A stretch of DNA of 64,000 bases from assembly GCA_025786725.1 (NCBI GenBank), contig JAHLTZ010000018.1, positions 124,001-188,000 of the forward strand, read 5' to 3'. Below, piece by piece: positions 1-11,066 of the stretch. Made by a program: the position numbers and the translations under genes. Each line of letters opens with the position of its first letter. Position 1 is the stretch's first letter. Source of the stretch: Syncephalis fuscata S228 (taxonomy: Eukaryota > Fungi > Zoopagomycota). The notes under the pieces were generated by a model. It made no database searches. It was not told the DNA's origin and worked only from the letters and a program-made list of their open reading frames with translations.

Positions 1-1227
1 GATCTACTCAAGTCTTTAGGCTGGATAGTCAAACTAGCCAAATCACATCTAACACCTACTCAGAAGCTGGAACATCTTGGCTATCAGATAGAGACGGATA
101 CAATGACCATACGTCTACCATCCAAAAAGATACGCAGTCTGCGCAAATCCATTCAATCAGTATTGAACAGTACGTCCCACACACCACGTTTAATACACAG
201 TCTAACCATGAGAATAAAAGCAGCGACCTTAGCGATCTTTCCAGCCAATCTATACACACAGGCCCTAATGTTCTTCAAAAACAGTCATGTCACCGATACA
301 ACATCATGGGACAGGCCACAAACATTACCACAGGACTGCAGGCAGGAATTACTATGGTGGAACAACAACCTAACACAATGGAATGGTCGCTCTCTAATGT
401 CGTCACCACCGACACAGACAATATTCGTGGACGCCAGCGACGAAGGATGGGGAGGCGTCTATCGCAACAGGACAGTTCAAGGCCTATGGACTCACGAAGA
501 AGCAGCTCACTCAATCAATTGGAGAGAACTAAAGGCCGTCCACCTCACTCTACAAGCATTCCCCAAGTTACACCACTGCACCGTTCTGATTCGCACAGAC
601 AATACAACAGCCATGGCTTACATAAACAAGCAAGGCGGCACTCGTTCACGTCCACTCAGCCAACTAGCCACCTCCATATGGCAGATGTGTCTACAACGCG
701 AATTACGCATTCAAGCACAGCATATCCCGGGTGTACAGAACCAACAAGCGGATTACGCATCGCGCCATTTTTACCGCAAGAACCTGTGGCAACTGAAACA
801 CAATGTGTTCAACAACATTCAACGCCGATGGGGCCCTCACGACGTAGATCTGTTTGCGGACAGAACATCCCACCTACTACCATCTTATGTATCATGGAAG
901 CTGGATCCACAAGCGATAGCCACGGACGCAATGTCCATACAATGGAAGAGATTCCGAAATCCATATCTCAACCCACCGTGGAGCTTGATACTACGTTGCC
1001 TGCTCAAGATTCAACAAGAGCAAATCAAACAAGCAACAATCGTCACCCCATACTGGCCTTCCGCCCTATGGTTCCCTATGTTACAGGAACTGGCGATACA
1101 TCAGCCAATAATACTCAATCCAATGACAACGACACAATTGACCACCCATTCCGCACTGTCACCTTGGACAAACCAGCATTGGAAGCTAGCCGTATGGAGA
1201 GTCAGAAGCGCAAATTTACAGAATTAG
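1..1227 (+). CDS. DIRS pol: end of reverse transcriptase, RNase H and Dam-like adenine methyltransferase domain (5' partial)
   Basis: Frame is open from base 1 (LGWIVKLAKS..LEHLGY). RNase H motifs VDASDEGWG, INWRELKA, TDN, ADYASR. MT motifs VDLFA and YLNPPW. Confidence 0.9.
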   Translation, partial: DLLKSLGWIVKLAKSHLTPTQKLEHLGYQIETDTMTIRLPSKKIRSLRKSIQSVLNSTSHTPRLIHSLTMRIKAATLAIFPANLYTQALMFFKNSHVTDTTSWDRPQTLPQDCRQELLWWNNNLTQWNGRSLMSSPPTQTIFVDASDEGWGGVYRNRTVQGLWTHEEAAHSINWRELKAVHLTLQAFPKLHHCTVLIRTDNTTAMAYINKQGGTRSRPLSQLATSIWQMCLQRELRIQAQHIPGVQNQQADYASRHFYRKNLWQLKHNVFNNIQRRWGPHDVDLFADRTSHLLPSYVSWKLDPQAIATDAMSIQWKRFRNPYLNPPWSLILRCLLKIQQEQIKQATIVTPYWPSALWFPMLQELAIHQPIILNPMTTTQLTTHSALSPWTNQHWKLAVWRVRSANLQN

Positions 1228-2138
1228 GTTACAGTGAACAAGCAGTAGAAGACTTAATGTACCAATTCCATGACCCCAAGAAAGCATCTTACATACGCGC
1301 TCAACACTTATTCATCCAATGGGCCATGCAGTTTGATATTGAAATTACAGAATTTAGTACCATTGATTTGGCAAATTTCTTGGTAGAAGTAAACGCGGCA
1401 AAATACAGCGCAAGCACACTGAAAACTTATCGCGCGGCCATCACACATCTACATAGAGATCCAAATTCGATTAGAAGCAATGAACATTTAAAAACACTAA
1501 TGCGCCAATACAAATCTACAAAACCACGTCCATTCAATCGCCCAACCATTAATCTAACAAACACCATGGATAACGTCCGTACCAATAATGAAATCTTACA
1601 ATTCAACCAATTAAACATAAAAACAGCATTTTTATTAGCTATGGCGGCCTTTCTACGCCCTTCAGATCTCAATCGTATAGATCTACAACAATGCCATATT
1701 CAAAACGATAATTTAACTCTAACAATAGTAGCACCAAAAGAAAAACGCAACAATAACACCATTAATAAGTATATATTTATACATCCAAATACATACGATG
1801 AACGACTTTGCCCAGTAAAAGCCTTTATTGCACTTCGTGATCATCCAAGAGCAAAAAACCGTGTACCAACCTCACTATTCGTTCACAGTATTTCACCGAA
1901 CAAACAATTAAAAGATGCTACTATTGCAACATGGCTAAGAAATATAGTTAGATTGTCAACAGATTTAAGACCAACACCAAATATCCGATCGATATCATCA
2001 ACACTAGCACTTGACAGAGGAGTAAGCGTAGATGATGTTGTAACATTAGGAAATTGGACATCATACAGCACATTCAATCAACACTACAGAAGAGACAGGT
2101 TAAACAAGATAAATATAACTAATCTGGTGCTAAGATAA
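306..2138 (+). CDS. DIRS tyrosine recombinase (true start uncertain; frame overlaps pol)
   Basis: C-terminal YR motifs FLRPSDL, APKEK, LCPV, NIRS, LGNW, FNQHY. Confidence 0.88.
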   Translation: MGQATNITTGLQAGITMVEQQPNTMEWSLSNVVTTDTDNIRGRQRRRMGRRLSQQDSSRPMDSRRSSSLNQLERTKGRPPHSTSIPQVTPLHRSDSHRQYNSHGLHKQARRHSFTSTQPTSHLHMADVSTTRITHSSTAYPGCTEPTSGLRIAPFLPQEPVATETQCVQQHSTPMGPSRRRSVCGQNIPPTTILCIMEAGSTSDSHGRNVHTMEEIPKSISQPTVELDTTLPAQDSTRANQTSNNRHPILAFRPMVPYVTGTGDTSANNTQSNDNDTIDHPFRTVTLDKPALEASRMESQKRKFTELGYSEQAVEDLMYQFHDPKKASYIRAQHLFIQWAMQFDIEITEFSTIDLANFLVEVNAAKYSASTLKTYRAAITHLHRDPNSIRSNEHLKTLMRQYKSTKPRPFNRPTINLTNTMDNVRTNNEILQFNQLNIKTAFLLAMAAFLRPSDLNRIDLQQCHIQNDNLTLTIVAPKEKRNNNTINKYIFIHPNTYDERLCPVKAFIALRDHPRAKNRVPTSLFVHSISPNKQLKDATIATWLRNIVRLSTDLRPTPNIRSISSTLALDRGVSVDDVVTLGNWTSYSTFNQHYRRDRLNKINITNLVLR

Positions 2139-2225
2139 AAATTATTATTATTATCCCCTTCTCCTTTACACTTATGGTCATTTATTATGTGGTTTCAAGT
2201 GGTCGCACTTATTTACGTTGGTAAT

Positions 2226-2343
2226 CAGCAATAATAAGGTTTATATTGAGTAGTCTGAATGAACTACTAAGATTTCCTTAAATTAATTTATTAATGAAAG
2301 GAAATTGTATGTAGTTCTAAAGACTATGAAATATAAACCTTAT
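2226..2343 (+). repeat. DIRS internal complementary region (ICR)
   Basis: Right half (2303-2343) is the reverse complement of 2503-2543. Left half (2226-2278) is a diverged direct analogue of the 3' terminus, as expected if it pairs with the 5' end. Confidence 0.75.
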
Positions 2344-4066
2344 GTATTTCACCCGCCCACCCACGCCAAAGGTTATAAACCAGCAAGCAAAAATGATCAA
2401 AGAACAATAGATAAGTCCACAATAGGTGGCATATTTATACTGTAAAGGATGAAAGTTTTTATTTTTCGATATTAATAAAAGAAAATGATAACAGCAATAA
2501 TAATAAGGTTTATATTTCATAGTCTTTAGAACTACATACAATTCCGCAGTATATCCTATAACTCTAGAATTACTGTTTTAATGCTTTATATACTTTAATA
2601 TTCAAAATCTAGTTAATGAAATACACAACGCGTATTATTAAAACTTTATTAAGACAATGCTTAGACAAGTAAATAAATATAAAAAAGATGAAAAACAGAA
2701 TAGTGAGATACAGTCTATAAAAGTAACGTGAATAGTGTAAACAATAAAATGATAACTATATATCTAGTTACAGTTGTTATCAATAAATTATTACAACATG
2801 TTCAATTGAAACAATTCTAATAATTAAACCCATTAAATTTGTAGTAAAAGAATAAAACGATTTTTGTACTATTCGTTGAATTGTATACTTTATAGTAGTG
2901 TCGGAGATTTAGAAAATCTTATTGCGAATTAATTAAAATATGTGAACGTAACTTTAATAATTTGTAAGGATTTTAGCAGAGTTAAAACACCGCTAAATTA
3001 AATAATTGATAAGATTGTAAATTAAACAAAGTATGCTCATAAAACATGCCAGTATTAAAACAGGAAATGTCGTAAAAACGATACAATCATCAAGCATGCT
3101 AGCAATGAATCTATAAATACATTCAAGAGTATTGCTTGTTCTTTATAGTTATCATTTATTACAGATACACATGTCAAAACCATTAAAGATCCCGTGTAAG
3201 TTTGCATCAGAACAAACAATGGAATTGTGACTTGGTGTCCGTGCTAGATTTCACTATGACCCAGGCTATTGCTGATGGCAATTAAAACACCGTTAAGCTG
3301 AATAAATAGCTTTTTAGTTCATACATACTAGCAAATAACGATATTTTTAGCACGACTGGTTTGGTTCACATGTTAAAAAACAGTTAGTTGCTTTGTCCAT
3401 TGGTTGTTGCTCAGTAGCCTGTTGCAACAAAATAACGTTTTTGTGCTATAATTGGCCTGTTGATATCGCCGACATTGTTTTGTCTATTCTGGCTTTGTTC
3501 AGCAACTGGTCGCTATTATTATGCAAAGTACAAAGAGTTATTTGAACAAAGAAAACATTACATTTATGTGATTGGTTCAATTGAACTTTAGTGTTGAAAT
3601 TGAGAAGCGTAGTGATTAAATTAGGAAATATTATATTGCATTGTCAATGGCTCTATGGCCTTAGCCATTTAAGTAAAGCAGTACTTTGTCACTTTGCTTT
3701 CCTTGCATTGTGCTTGTGCGTAGTAGCATTCGGAGAACATTCTGGCCCCCGTCAGCTACGTTGTTCTATGCAGCTAAAAACCGGTTGCTTTCATGGTTCT
3801 TTCAGCCATACTGAAACATTGAACGAATAGCGTCTTTGTAGGCTGCATAATTATGGTAACACAACAATCAATTGATTCTTGCGTCTTATTGTTTCTAATG
3901 CACATTGCTAATAATACTGTTCAATTCCAAGCCTTTTAAAATATGTATAAATATTGGATAGATATGCAGCTAATATGCCATACTACAACTCAATAGCCAC
4001 TATTAACTAATAGTTTACAATCCTTTCAAATTCTGCACCTCTATTACTACACCAAAAATTACCAAT

Positions 4067-5689
4067 ATGCGTTCTACATTTGTTATCTTCGCCGTCAGTA
4101 TGCTTGTTGCAGCGCTTCAGCACTCGGCAGAATCGCTTCCTCTTTTAAGCTCTTCTCAATCAAGTGCTTCAGTCGAGGCCAGTGTAAGCGGCTTACTTAA
4201 TCTTGGTATTGGCATTAACACTGGCAATGACCAAAAGCAGCCTTCAAATCAAGCAAGCAGCGGTGGCGGCAATACCGCCTACGGCAGCAACACTAATAAA
4301 AACGGTGGCGCTAGCACTGGCTACGGTACTAACACTGGCACCAGCACCTCTGGTGGCAACACGACCGTAAATAATACTAATAAGTCAAGCGGTGGTGACA
4401 CTACTACTGGTGGATATACATCACGCACCACCGGTTACAATACATCCAATGGTGGTAGCAATGTTCCTATTACCCCAAGAAGTGGCTATGGCACATCCAC
4501 TGGTACAACAAACGGTGGTGGCTCTACCCCAGGCACTCCAAGCACCTCAAGTGGTGGCAGCACTGGTACCGGTACTCCTAATGGTGGTAACACTACTGGC
4601 AAGGGCACTCCTGACTGCGATACCAAAACTGGTACTGGTACTGGTACTGGCACTGGCACTGGCAAGCCAACTGGTGACAGCTCTACTGGTAAGGGCACTC
4701 CAAACACTCCAAGCACTCCAAGCACTCCAAGCACTCCAAATACTCCAAGCACTGGCTATGGTACCAGCACCGGTACTGGCAAACCAACTGGTGACAGCTC
4801 CACTGGTAAGGGCACACCAAGTACTCCAAGCATACCAAGTACTCCAAGCACTCCAAGTACTCCAAGCATACCAAGTACTCCAAGCACACCAAGTACTCCA
4901 AGCACTCCAAATACTCCAAGTACTCCAAATACTCCAAGCACTGGCTATGGTACCAGCACCGGTACTGGCAAACCAACTGGTGACAGCTCCACTGGTAAGG
5001 GCACACCAAGTACTCCAAGTACTCCAAGCACACCAAGTACTCCAAATACTCCAAGCACTCCAAATACTCCAAATACTCCAAATACTCCAAATACTCCAAG
5101 CACTGCCTATGGCACTAGCACCGGTACTGGCAAGCCAAATGGCGATAGCTCTACTGATAGTGGTGATGACGACTGCGATACTGAGACTGATACTGGTACT
5201 GGCACTGGCAAGCCAACTGGTGACAGCTCCACTGGTAAGGGCACACCAAGTACTCCAAGCACACCAAGTACTCCAAGCACTGGCTACGGCACCAGCACTG
5301 GCACTGGCACTGGCAAGCCAACTGGTGACAGCTCCACTGGTAAGGGTACTCCAAGCACTCCAAGCACTAGCTACGGTACCAGCACTGGGACTGGAACTGG
5401 AACTGGCAAACCAACTGGTGATAGCTCCACTGGTAAGGGTACTCCAAGCACTCCAAGCACTCCAAGCACTGGCTACGGTACCAGCACTGGCACTGGCACT
5501 GGCACTGGCACTGGCACTGGCACTGGCAAACCAACTGGTGATAGCTCCACTGGTAAGGGTACTCCAAGCACTCCAAGCACTAGCTATGGCACCAGCACTG
5601 GAACTGGCAAACCAACTGGTGATAGCTCCACTGGCAAGGGCACTGCTGACTGCGATAAGACTAAAAATACCGGCAAATCTGCCTACTAA
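4067..5689 (+). CDS. Secreted Ser/Thr/Gly/Pro-rich tandem-repeat protein (mucin/cell-wall-like)
   Basis: Signal peptide [23 protein letters not shown]. Repeats of (TPS/TPN)n and [26 protein letters not shown] near 3946. Confidence 0.85.
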   Translation: MRSTFVIFAVSMLVAALQHSAESLPLLSSSQSSASVEASVSGLLNLGIGINTGNDQKQPSNQASSGGGNTAYGSNTNKNGGASTGYGTNTGTSTSGGNTTVNNTNKSSGGDTTTGGYTSRTTGYNTSNGGSNVPITPRSGYGTSTGTTNGGGSTPGTPSTSSGGSTGTGTPNGGNTTGKGTPDCDTKTGTGTGTGTGTGKPTGDSSTGKGTPNTPSTPSTPSTPNTPSTGYGTSTGTGKPTGDSSTGKGTPSTPSIPSTPSTPSTPSIPSTPSTPSTPSTPNTPSTPNTPSTGYGTSTGTGKPTGDSSTGKGTPSTPSTPSTPSTPNTPSTPNTPNTPNTPNTPSTAYGTSTGTGKPNGDSSTDSGDDDCDTETDTGTGTGKPTGDSSTGKGTPSTPSTPSTPSTGYGTSTGTGTGKPTGDSSTGKGTPSTPSTSYGTSTGTGTGTGKPTGDSSTGKGTPSTPSTPSTGYGTSTGTGTGTGTGTGTGKPTGDSSTGKGTPSTPSTSYGTSTGTGKPTGDSSTGKGTADCDKTKNTGKSAY

Positions 5690-6248
5690 GTCTTGTATGC
5701 GTAACAATATAACTGTTGTTTATTAATAAATATATTCCTAAATGCATACTATTCTAGTATTATAAGTTTAAACTTTTACAATTGATTAGCTTGCTACACA
5801 ACAATGATCTTTAATAAAATAAAATAATTACATGCACAATTTTTAAAGTATTTAAACAGCTTTTCTATTCAGAAGTTAAGGCAAATTATTTAACATTTTT
5901 ATTGTTATTGAAAAATGTAATCGAAAAGATTGTTAGTAATAAAATAAGCATTCTAACTGATTAGTTGATATGACTATGTGTAATAATTGAAAATGGTCCA
6001 ATAACTATACAATTCTTAGTATCGAAGAATTGGAAACCATAAATGCTATCATACATTCCAAGTGTTATTTTTACGCACATAGAAATAACTATATAAACTA
6101 GTATTGAACATTAGTAATAAAAATAAACTTTTCCTAAATCCCTGACCTCCCTGACTAAAATTATAAGCTTTTTTCCAATCCCTGACCATACTGTTAAAAT
6201 ATTAAATTAGTATATAACAGCTAACAAAAATATAAATTAGTAGAGCTA

Positions 6249-6894
6249 CTGTACTTTTACTTTCATATTTTTATTTACTCATTTCACTCCTTAGCACTTA
6301 AATACAATTAAACATTCACTCATAACTATAACATGTATAATCTTATATCCAACATTAATTAATTTATGTGCAATTATCAATACAATAATGTAATTAAATA
6401 TGCACATTACGGTATTAGGTGAAGTTGAAATAACATTTAATAAAATAAACGACTTTTTACACTGAATTGTTAAATATCTTTGTCGAAAATGGTCTACAAG
6501 TATAAAAAGAATAAAATAATTACGATTATTAAATATAATTATTATAATATGCAAGTGTGGTTCAAGTAAACAGAAACAAGATAGAAAAAAATAGATCACA
6601 ACACTTTGGTGTGCAGGATGACAAACAGACAACAGAAGTAATGAGGAACGATATGGAATTGCAATCATATGGCTTCTATTAATATTCAATCAATCTTTCT
6701 ACGCATAGCCAACAACAATAATAATTGACCTCAAATGTTTCAAAGAAATCAAATAGTATGTTACACTATTTATTAAATCAATTTATTAACAATATTTTAA
6801 TATGAAGTAATATAGCTATGCTGTGCATAATAATGGCATGACTTTGATTGGAACAAATTGTGCTTTAGGGACAGATGTGGGAGTCAAAGTACAG
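6249..6894 (+). mobile_element. Non-autonomous Fanzor-derived TIR element, copy A
   Basis: TA|CTGTACTTTTACTTTCATAT...ATGTGGGAGTCAAAGTACAG|TA. 6645-6773 translates GTIWNCNHMASINIQSIFLRIANNNNN*PQMFQRNQ, a decayed RuvC-III region. Left part aligns with copies B and C. Confidence 0.75.
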
Positions 6895-8565
6895 TAATTA
6901 TTCACTTTATACACGCACATTTCAATCATTGCTTTCCTTCTTTGCTCTCGCTCTCTCGCCCCTCTCCACATAGTATATTGCAGAAAGAAAAGTTTATTTT
7001 GCACTGAGTTGCTTTATAATTGCACGCTGTATTCGTGTATTTTGCACTTTTGCAGTATATGCAGAAACCGGAAATGCTGCTCAGACTAAGTTAGAGCAGT
7101 TACGAAATAACATTGGGCTGCCTAAGATAGCGTTGCAGTGTTTTATAATATTACTTATTTGCATTGGTCAGCAATGGTTAATGTAGACACAGATAGTGCT
7201 GCTTATCTGTAAGCTGCGCTGAAACTGTATTATCTGTGCCTTTAGCAGCCAATGATGGATTTTTGCATAAACATGGATATTGCTGTTTAGTTGTAGCTTA
7301 CATTAAACAGTATATTGCTTGTGCTTTTATTGGCCAGTAATGGTTTGATATGAGCATAAATGTTGGTGATTTTTTATAAAACACTAAGCGTTGGTTTGCA
7401 TTATTTATTGCTTAGGCTATGAAGAGATGTAGCGAGCCGGTACTGGCTCAAAGTAATGCTTACTTTTAGGCTGCGCTGAAAGGAACAGATTTGGCGACTG
7501 GTTACTTTGATGTTCAGGCTAGAATGTATTTTAAAAACAAAGATGGCTAGCAATGTTTGCAATGGTCAATATGATTTGTGTTATAATTCCATATTCATTA
7601 ATTTCAAACCAAACTTTGCTAATGATATTTGGAGTGTCCATGGCACGTCATTTCGATTGTTTTCAGTAAGGCCATTTTTTTCTGCATTTTACGACTTGCC
7701 ATGCGTAGTATACTGTACAGTTTAATAGGCTATACAAACGAGTTGTACTTTTTGCCATTTATAATGCGCTTTAAAACTGCTTTTAAATGATTTAGTATTA
7801 AGTGCACAAGACAGAGTTAATGACCGAGCTTTATAATATAATAGTAATTATAGTTACTTGAAAATGGGTTTATATAAAGCAAAGTAATTGCTCGTTGTCG
7901 CTGCACTTGATACTGTGCCATATATGTCAGCCTATAATGGGATGTGGCATATACGAGCACGCTATTTAATTGCAGGGGATTACTAGTAAGGTTTTTTTTT
8001 AGCGGCGGAAATTGTTTAATGCATATCATTATTGCACCCTTGGTTTCATGTGCGAGATGAGCTATCTAGGGGCCTACACTGATATGCTTTAGATGATTTT
8101 GCGCACTAAGATATTCCCCTAGCAATACCAATGTGCAGGTGGTGTTATATATTTGTTTGCGACAAGCAAAAGTTCCCAGATGTAGCTATAGGCAATCTAG
8201 CAGATTTAATGTGCCATGTAACATTGCGCATTTCTTCGTAAAGTCCTATGGTGAACCTGGATAGCAACGACACATTGTAAACAGCTATATTAACGCTACC
8301 AATCGCCGTAAAGTCGTCTGGTAAAACGCGAATGGATATTTAAAAGTCATAAATGGCTAGTATATAGATATTACAAGCCTCAGTTGCTTTTATTGCTGGT
8401 GCTTCTGGTAAGGCGCTATTTATGTTTTTAAATGGAAATTTGTATGTTAGTCAGTTAACTTTGCATCCCATCCCTCTTTTTAATACTTTTGAAATTGTAT
8501 ACATCAACTAAGCACAAAAATATAGCAAAACACAATATCAATAGCACAAACCAACAACACAAACA

Positions 8566-9730
8566 TGAACAAAACAAATAGGAATAACAGCAACCAAGTA
8601 CGCAATTGTTATGCGATGTTTATTGCTAACCAATGCTGAATACAGCAGCTTAACCGATTTTGGACCATTACCAGTAATAAGCAATGCGGCCAAGCTATAT
8701 CTACTGGACTTTCAACCTTCTGTCGTATGTAGTTTGTGGCATTAATTATTGCTTATGGATTGGCATTTTCCTACTGGCCGCTACAATACTTACAAGACAT
8801 CACCACTGCTTGGCATGGTTTTATGAATGGTTAATTGTTTGTAAAGCTTTGTTTTTGTTTATTTTTTATCCGCCAAGTAGATTTTACTGCTGTTGCCGCC
8901 ATGTCTATCACTGTCAAATTACCGTCGTAATCTTCGCCGATATTACTACTTTATTTAATTATGCAACATTTACCATTTACCAGTACTTAATAAATTATCA
9001 TTTTTGTTATTTCAATTATTATTGGTGCTTATTAATAATTTTATTAGATTGCATGCTACAGCTGATATCATTTTGGATACAATACTGCACAAGTAATAGA
9101 TGTGTAAATTATTAATTCTATACTACATTTAGCTTTATAACATATATTTTATTATTAAATCGCCGCTTTAATCCAGTGTGATTTGTTTTTAAATATTACT
9201 ATGCGTTCAATATGTATTATAAATATTATTAATATAACTAATTTCTTATTTATAATACTTATATATATATATATATTAAAAAATCAGAGTAATAATACAC
9301 TTGATTAAATATACTTGATTAAACATATTTTATTACTTTATTTGGAGTAAGAAGTGTTTTACTACTCTCAATATTGTATATGTATTGATCAGTCGTGGTA
9401 TCCACTATAATAATAATAATAGCATACTTAATTTAATTTAGGTATTAGTTTTGTAAACGATTACTAAAGTCTAATCAAAAATCAAGATATGTGGTCATCC
9501 AAGCATTAGCAGATAAATGGTTCCAGATTCAAGAAGTAGTAAATAAGCTATCATTCATCTCAACTCCAGACATGCCGTCAGAAGATCTATTAAGTGCAGA
9601 TCCAGCTCCGATTTCTACGTCAAGTAACGATGGCAATAGCAGGCGAGCATTGCTGGATACTTCCCCAAAACCAGTCAAGCGGCGTAAGAAAGGTAAGTCA
9701 CATGCAAAACAATTGTTTTATGTTAATTAA
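8566..9730 (+). other. Possible small spliced orphan gene or gene relic
   Basis: ATG at ~8566, then GTACGC..GCTAAC..CAG and GTATGT intron signals. Downstream exon-like ORF 9491-9730 has a basic PVKRRKK patch. No homology recognised. Confidence 0.25.
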
Positions 9731-9879
9731 CCGTTTATTAGATTTGTTGCCGCAAATAATTTGTTTATTTCTTTGTCTCAATTAACAAATTTGTATAAAA
9801 TAATTGTCTGTTTAACAGTGTCGTTATCTACAACCATGTACTTCTTGCAATAATATACTAATACTTTATCATTAGATGT

Positions 9880-10990
9880 TACATTCTACGATTATATTAA
9901 ACTTTGGTGTCGAATAATTTTTATTCTTTTAATAATTCGCTATTATACTGAATATATATTCCTATAATAATGAGTGTTTTTTGGTGTAAATGACTTTTAT
10001 TATATTTAATTAATCTTTTAGTATACTGAATATATGTTCTATAATAATGAATGTTTTTTGTGTTAAATAATTTTTATTCATTTACTATTAATCTGTTTTA
10101 TGATGTACTGACATGTTGGGTAGATTGACTTTTATTATTTACATTCCATTTATTAATGAATTAAACTCGGCTGTTTATAAATATTGACTGACAGGCTCAC
10201 ATCTCACAATCTACGTCATCACATTTTCCTTTCTCTTTCTTCACACTTGATAACATGTATACATTGTATATACTTGTACACTCTATATATCTTATATAGA
10301 CAGTATCAGTAGTTGACCGACTACTAGTTATGTACAAACACCTTCTACACTATGTACTTGCATTGCTTTTTTGTAATCTAACCTTCATTACTCCAATCAT
10401 TGATATTGGCAGTTTTATTGACACTGTAGGTACATTTCTGGTTTGTTTTATATTATGTTGAGTATATACTGTTAAAATCTTGTTGTATGCTTTGTTTTTG
10501 CTATAGATAATTGCAGATCATTTGGTAGCAGCTTGTGCAATCTTACCAGTAACAGCACGATCTACTACTATCAAGACGATACAAGCTATTGCCAATACAG
10601 CTTGCAGTCGCAATCTATAGCAAAGCAAAAGCATATATTGATTTTGACAGCATACAGCCACTACAGTCATCGTACACAGCAGCTTTACACACACAACAGT
10701 AGTAATATTAGAAGCAATACTACTATTGCTACTGTTGTATATGCACAATCGTCAACACAATAACTGCATAGACTATAGCTTCTGTTACTTCTTTACCAAT
10801 AAAATGATATATACGTACTGGATAATAATTTACACTAATGAGTATTCGATGCCTGATGCCACTCACCACCCATCATTATGTTCAATAAAACGAATGTTTA
10901 GTTCAATTACGCAAATATGATTAATTGATGCTGTTTGACATTCAAATCACAATAAATGTGATGATTCGATTAGTTAATAATATAATTATT
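9880..10990. mobile_element. Degenerate copy of the long-TIR MITE/foldback-like family
   Basis: 10805-10990 resembles 42403-42550 and 60995-61130 (TACTGGATAAT..ATGAGTATT..CACCA..GTTCAAT). 9880-10160 holds tandem ~75-bp units resembling the other end. Confidence 0.45.
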
Positions 10991-11066
10991 TGCACACATC
11001 ATCAATATTAGCTAATGAAAACGATTTATAGTTTAAAACATAGAAACATATAAAATTGGCCACGCT

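Larger units (their letters stand above)
1..2545 (+). mobile_element. DIRS1-like tyrosine-recombinase retrotransposon (5' part lies outside the window)
   Basis: Overlapping RT/RNaseH/MT and YR ORFs. A 41-bp perfect inverted match between 2303-2343 and 2503-2543 fits an internal complementary region (ICR) pairing with the 3' terminus. Confidence 0.93.

Noticed and set aside
4660-5640. Repeat array as a CRISPR array or a KEX2/RiPP precursor
   Set aside because: In-frame coding repeats with no unique spacers and no KR/RR cleavage sites.
4392-5726. Long alternative-frame and antisense ORFs (LQA, AWS, LEY and CQ repeats)
   Set aside because: Shadows of the 9-bp and 6-bp repeats in the 4067-5689 gene.
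6138-6190. Three CCCTGAC motifs upstream of Fanzor copy A
   Set aside because: Not seen next to copies B or C and too short to assign.
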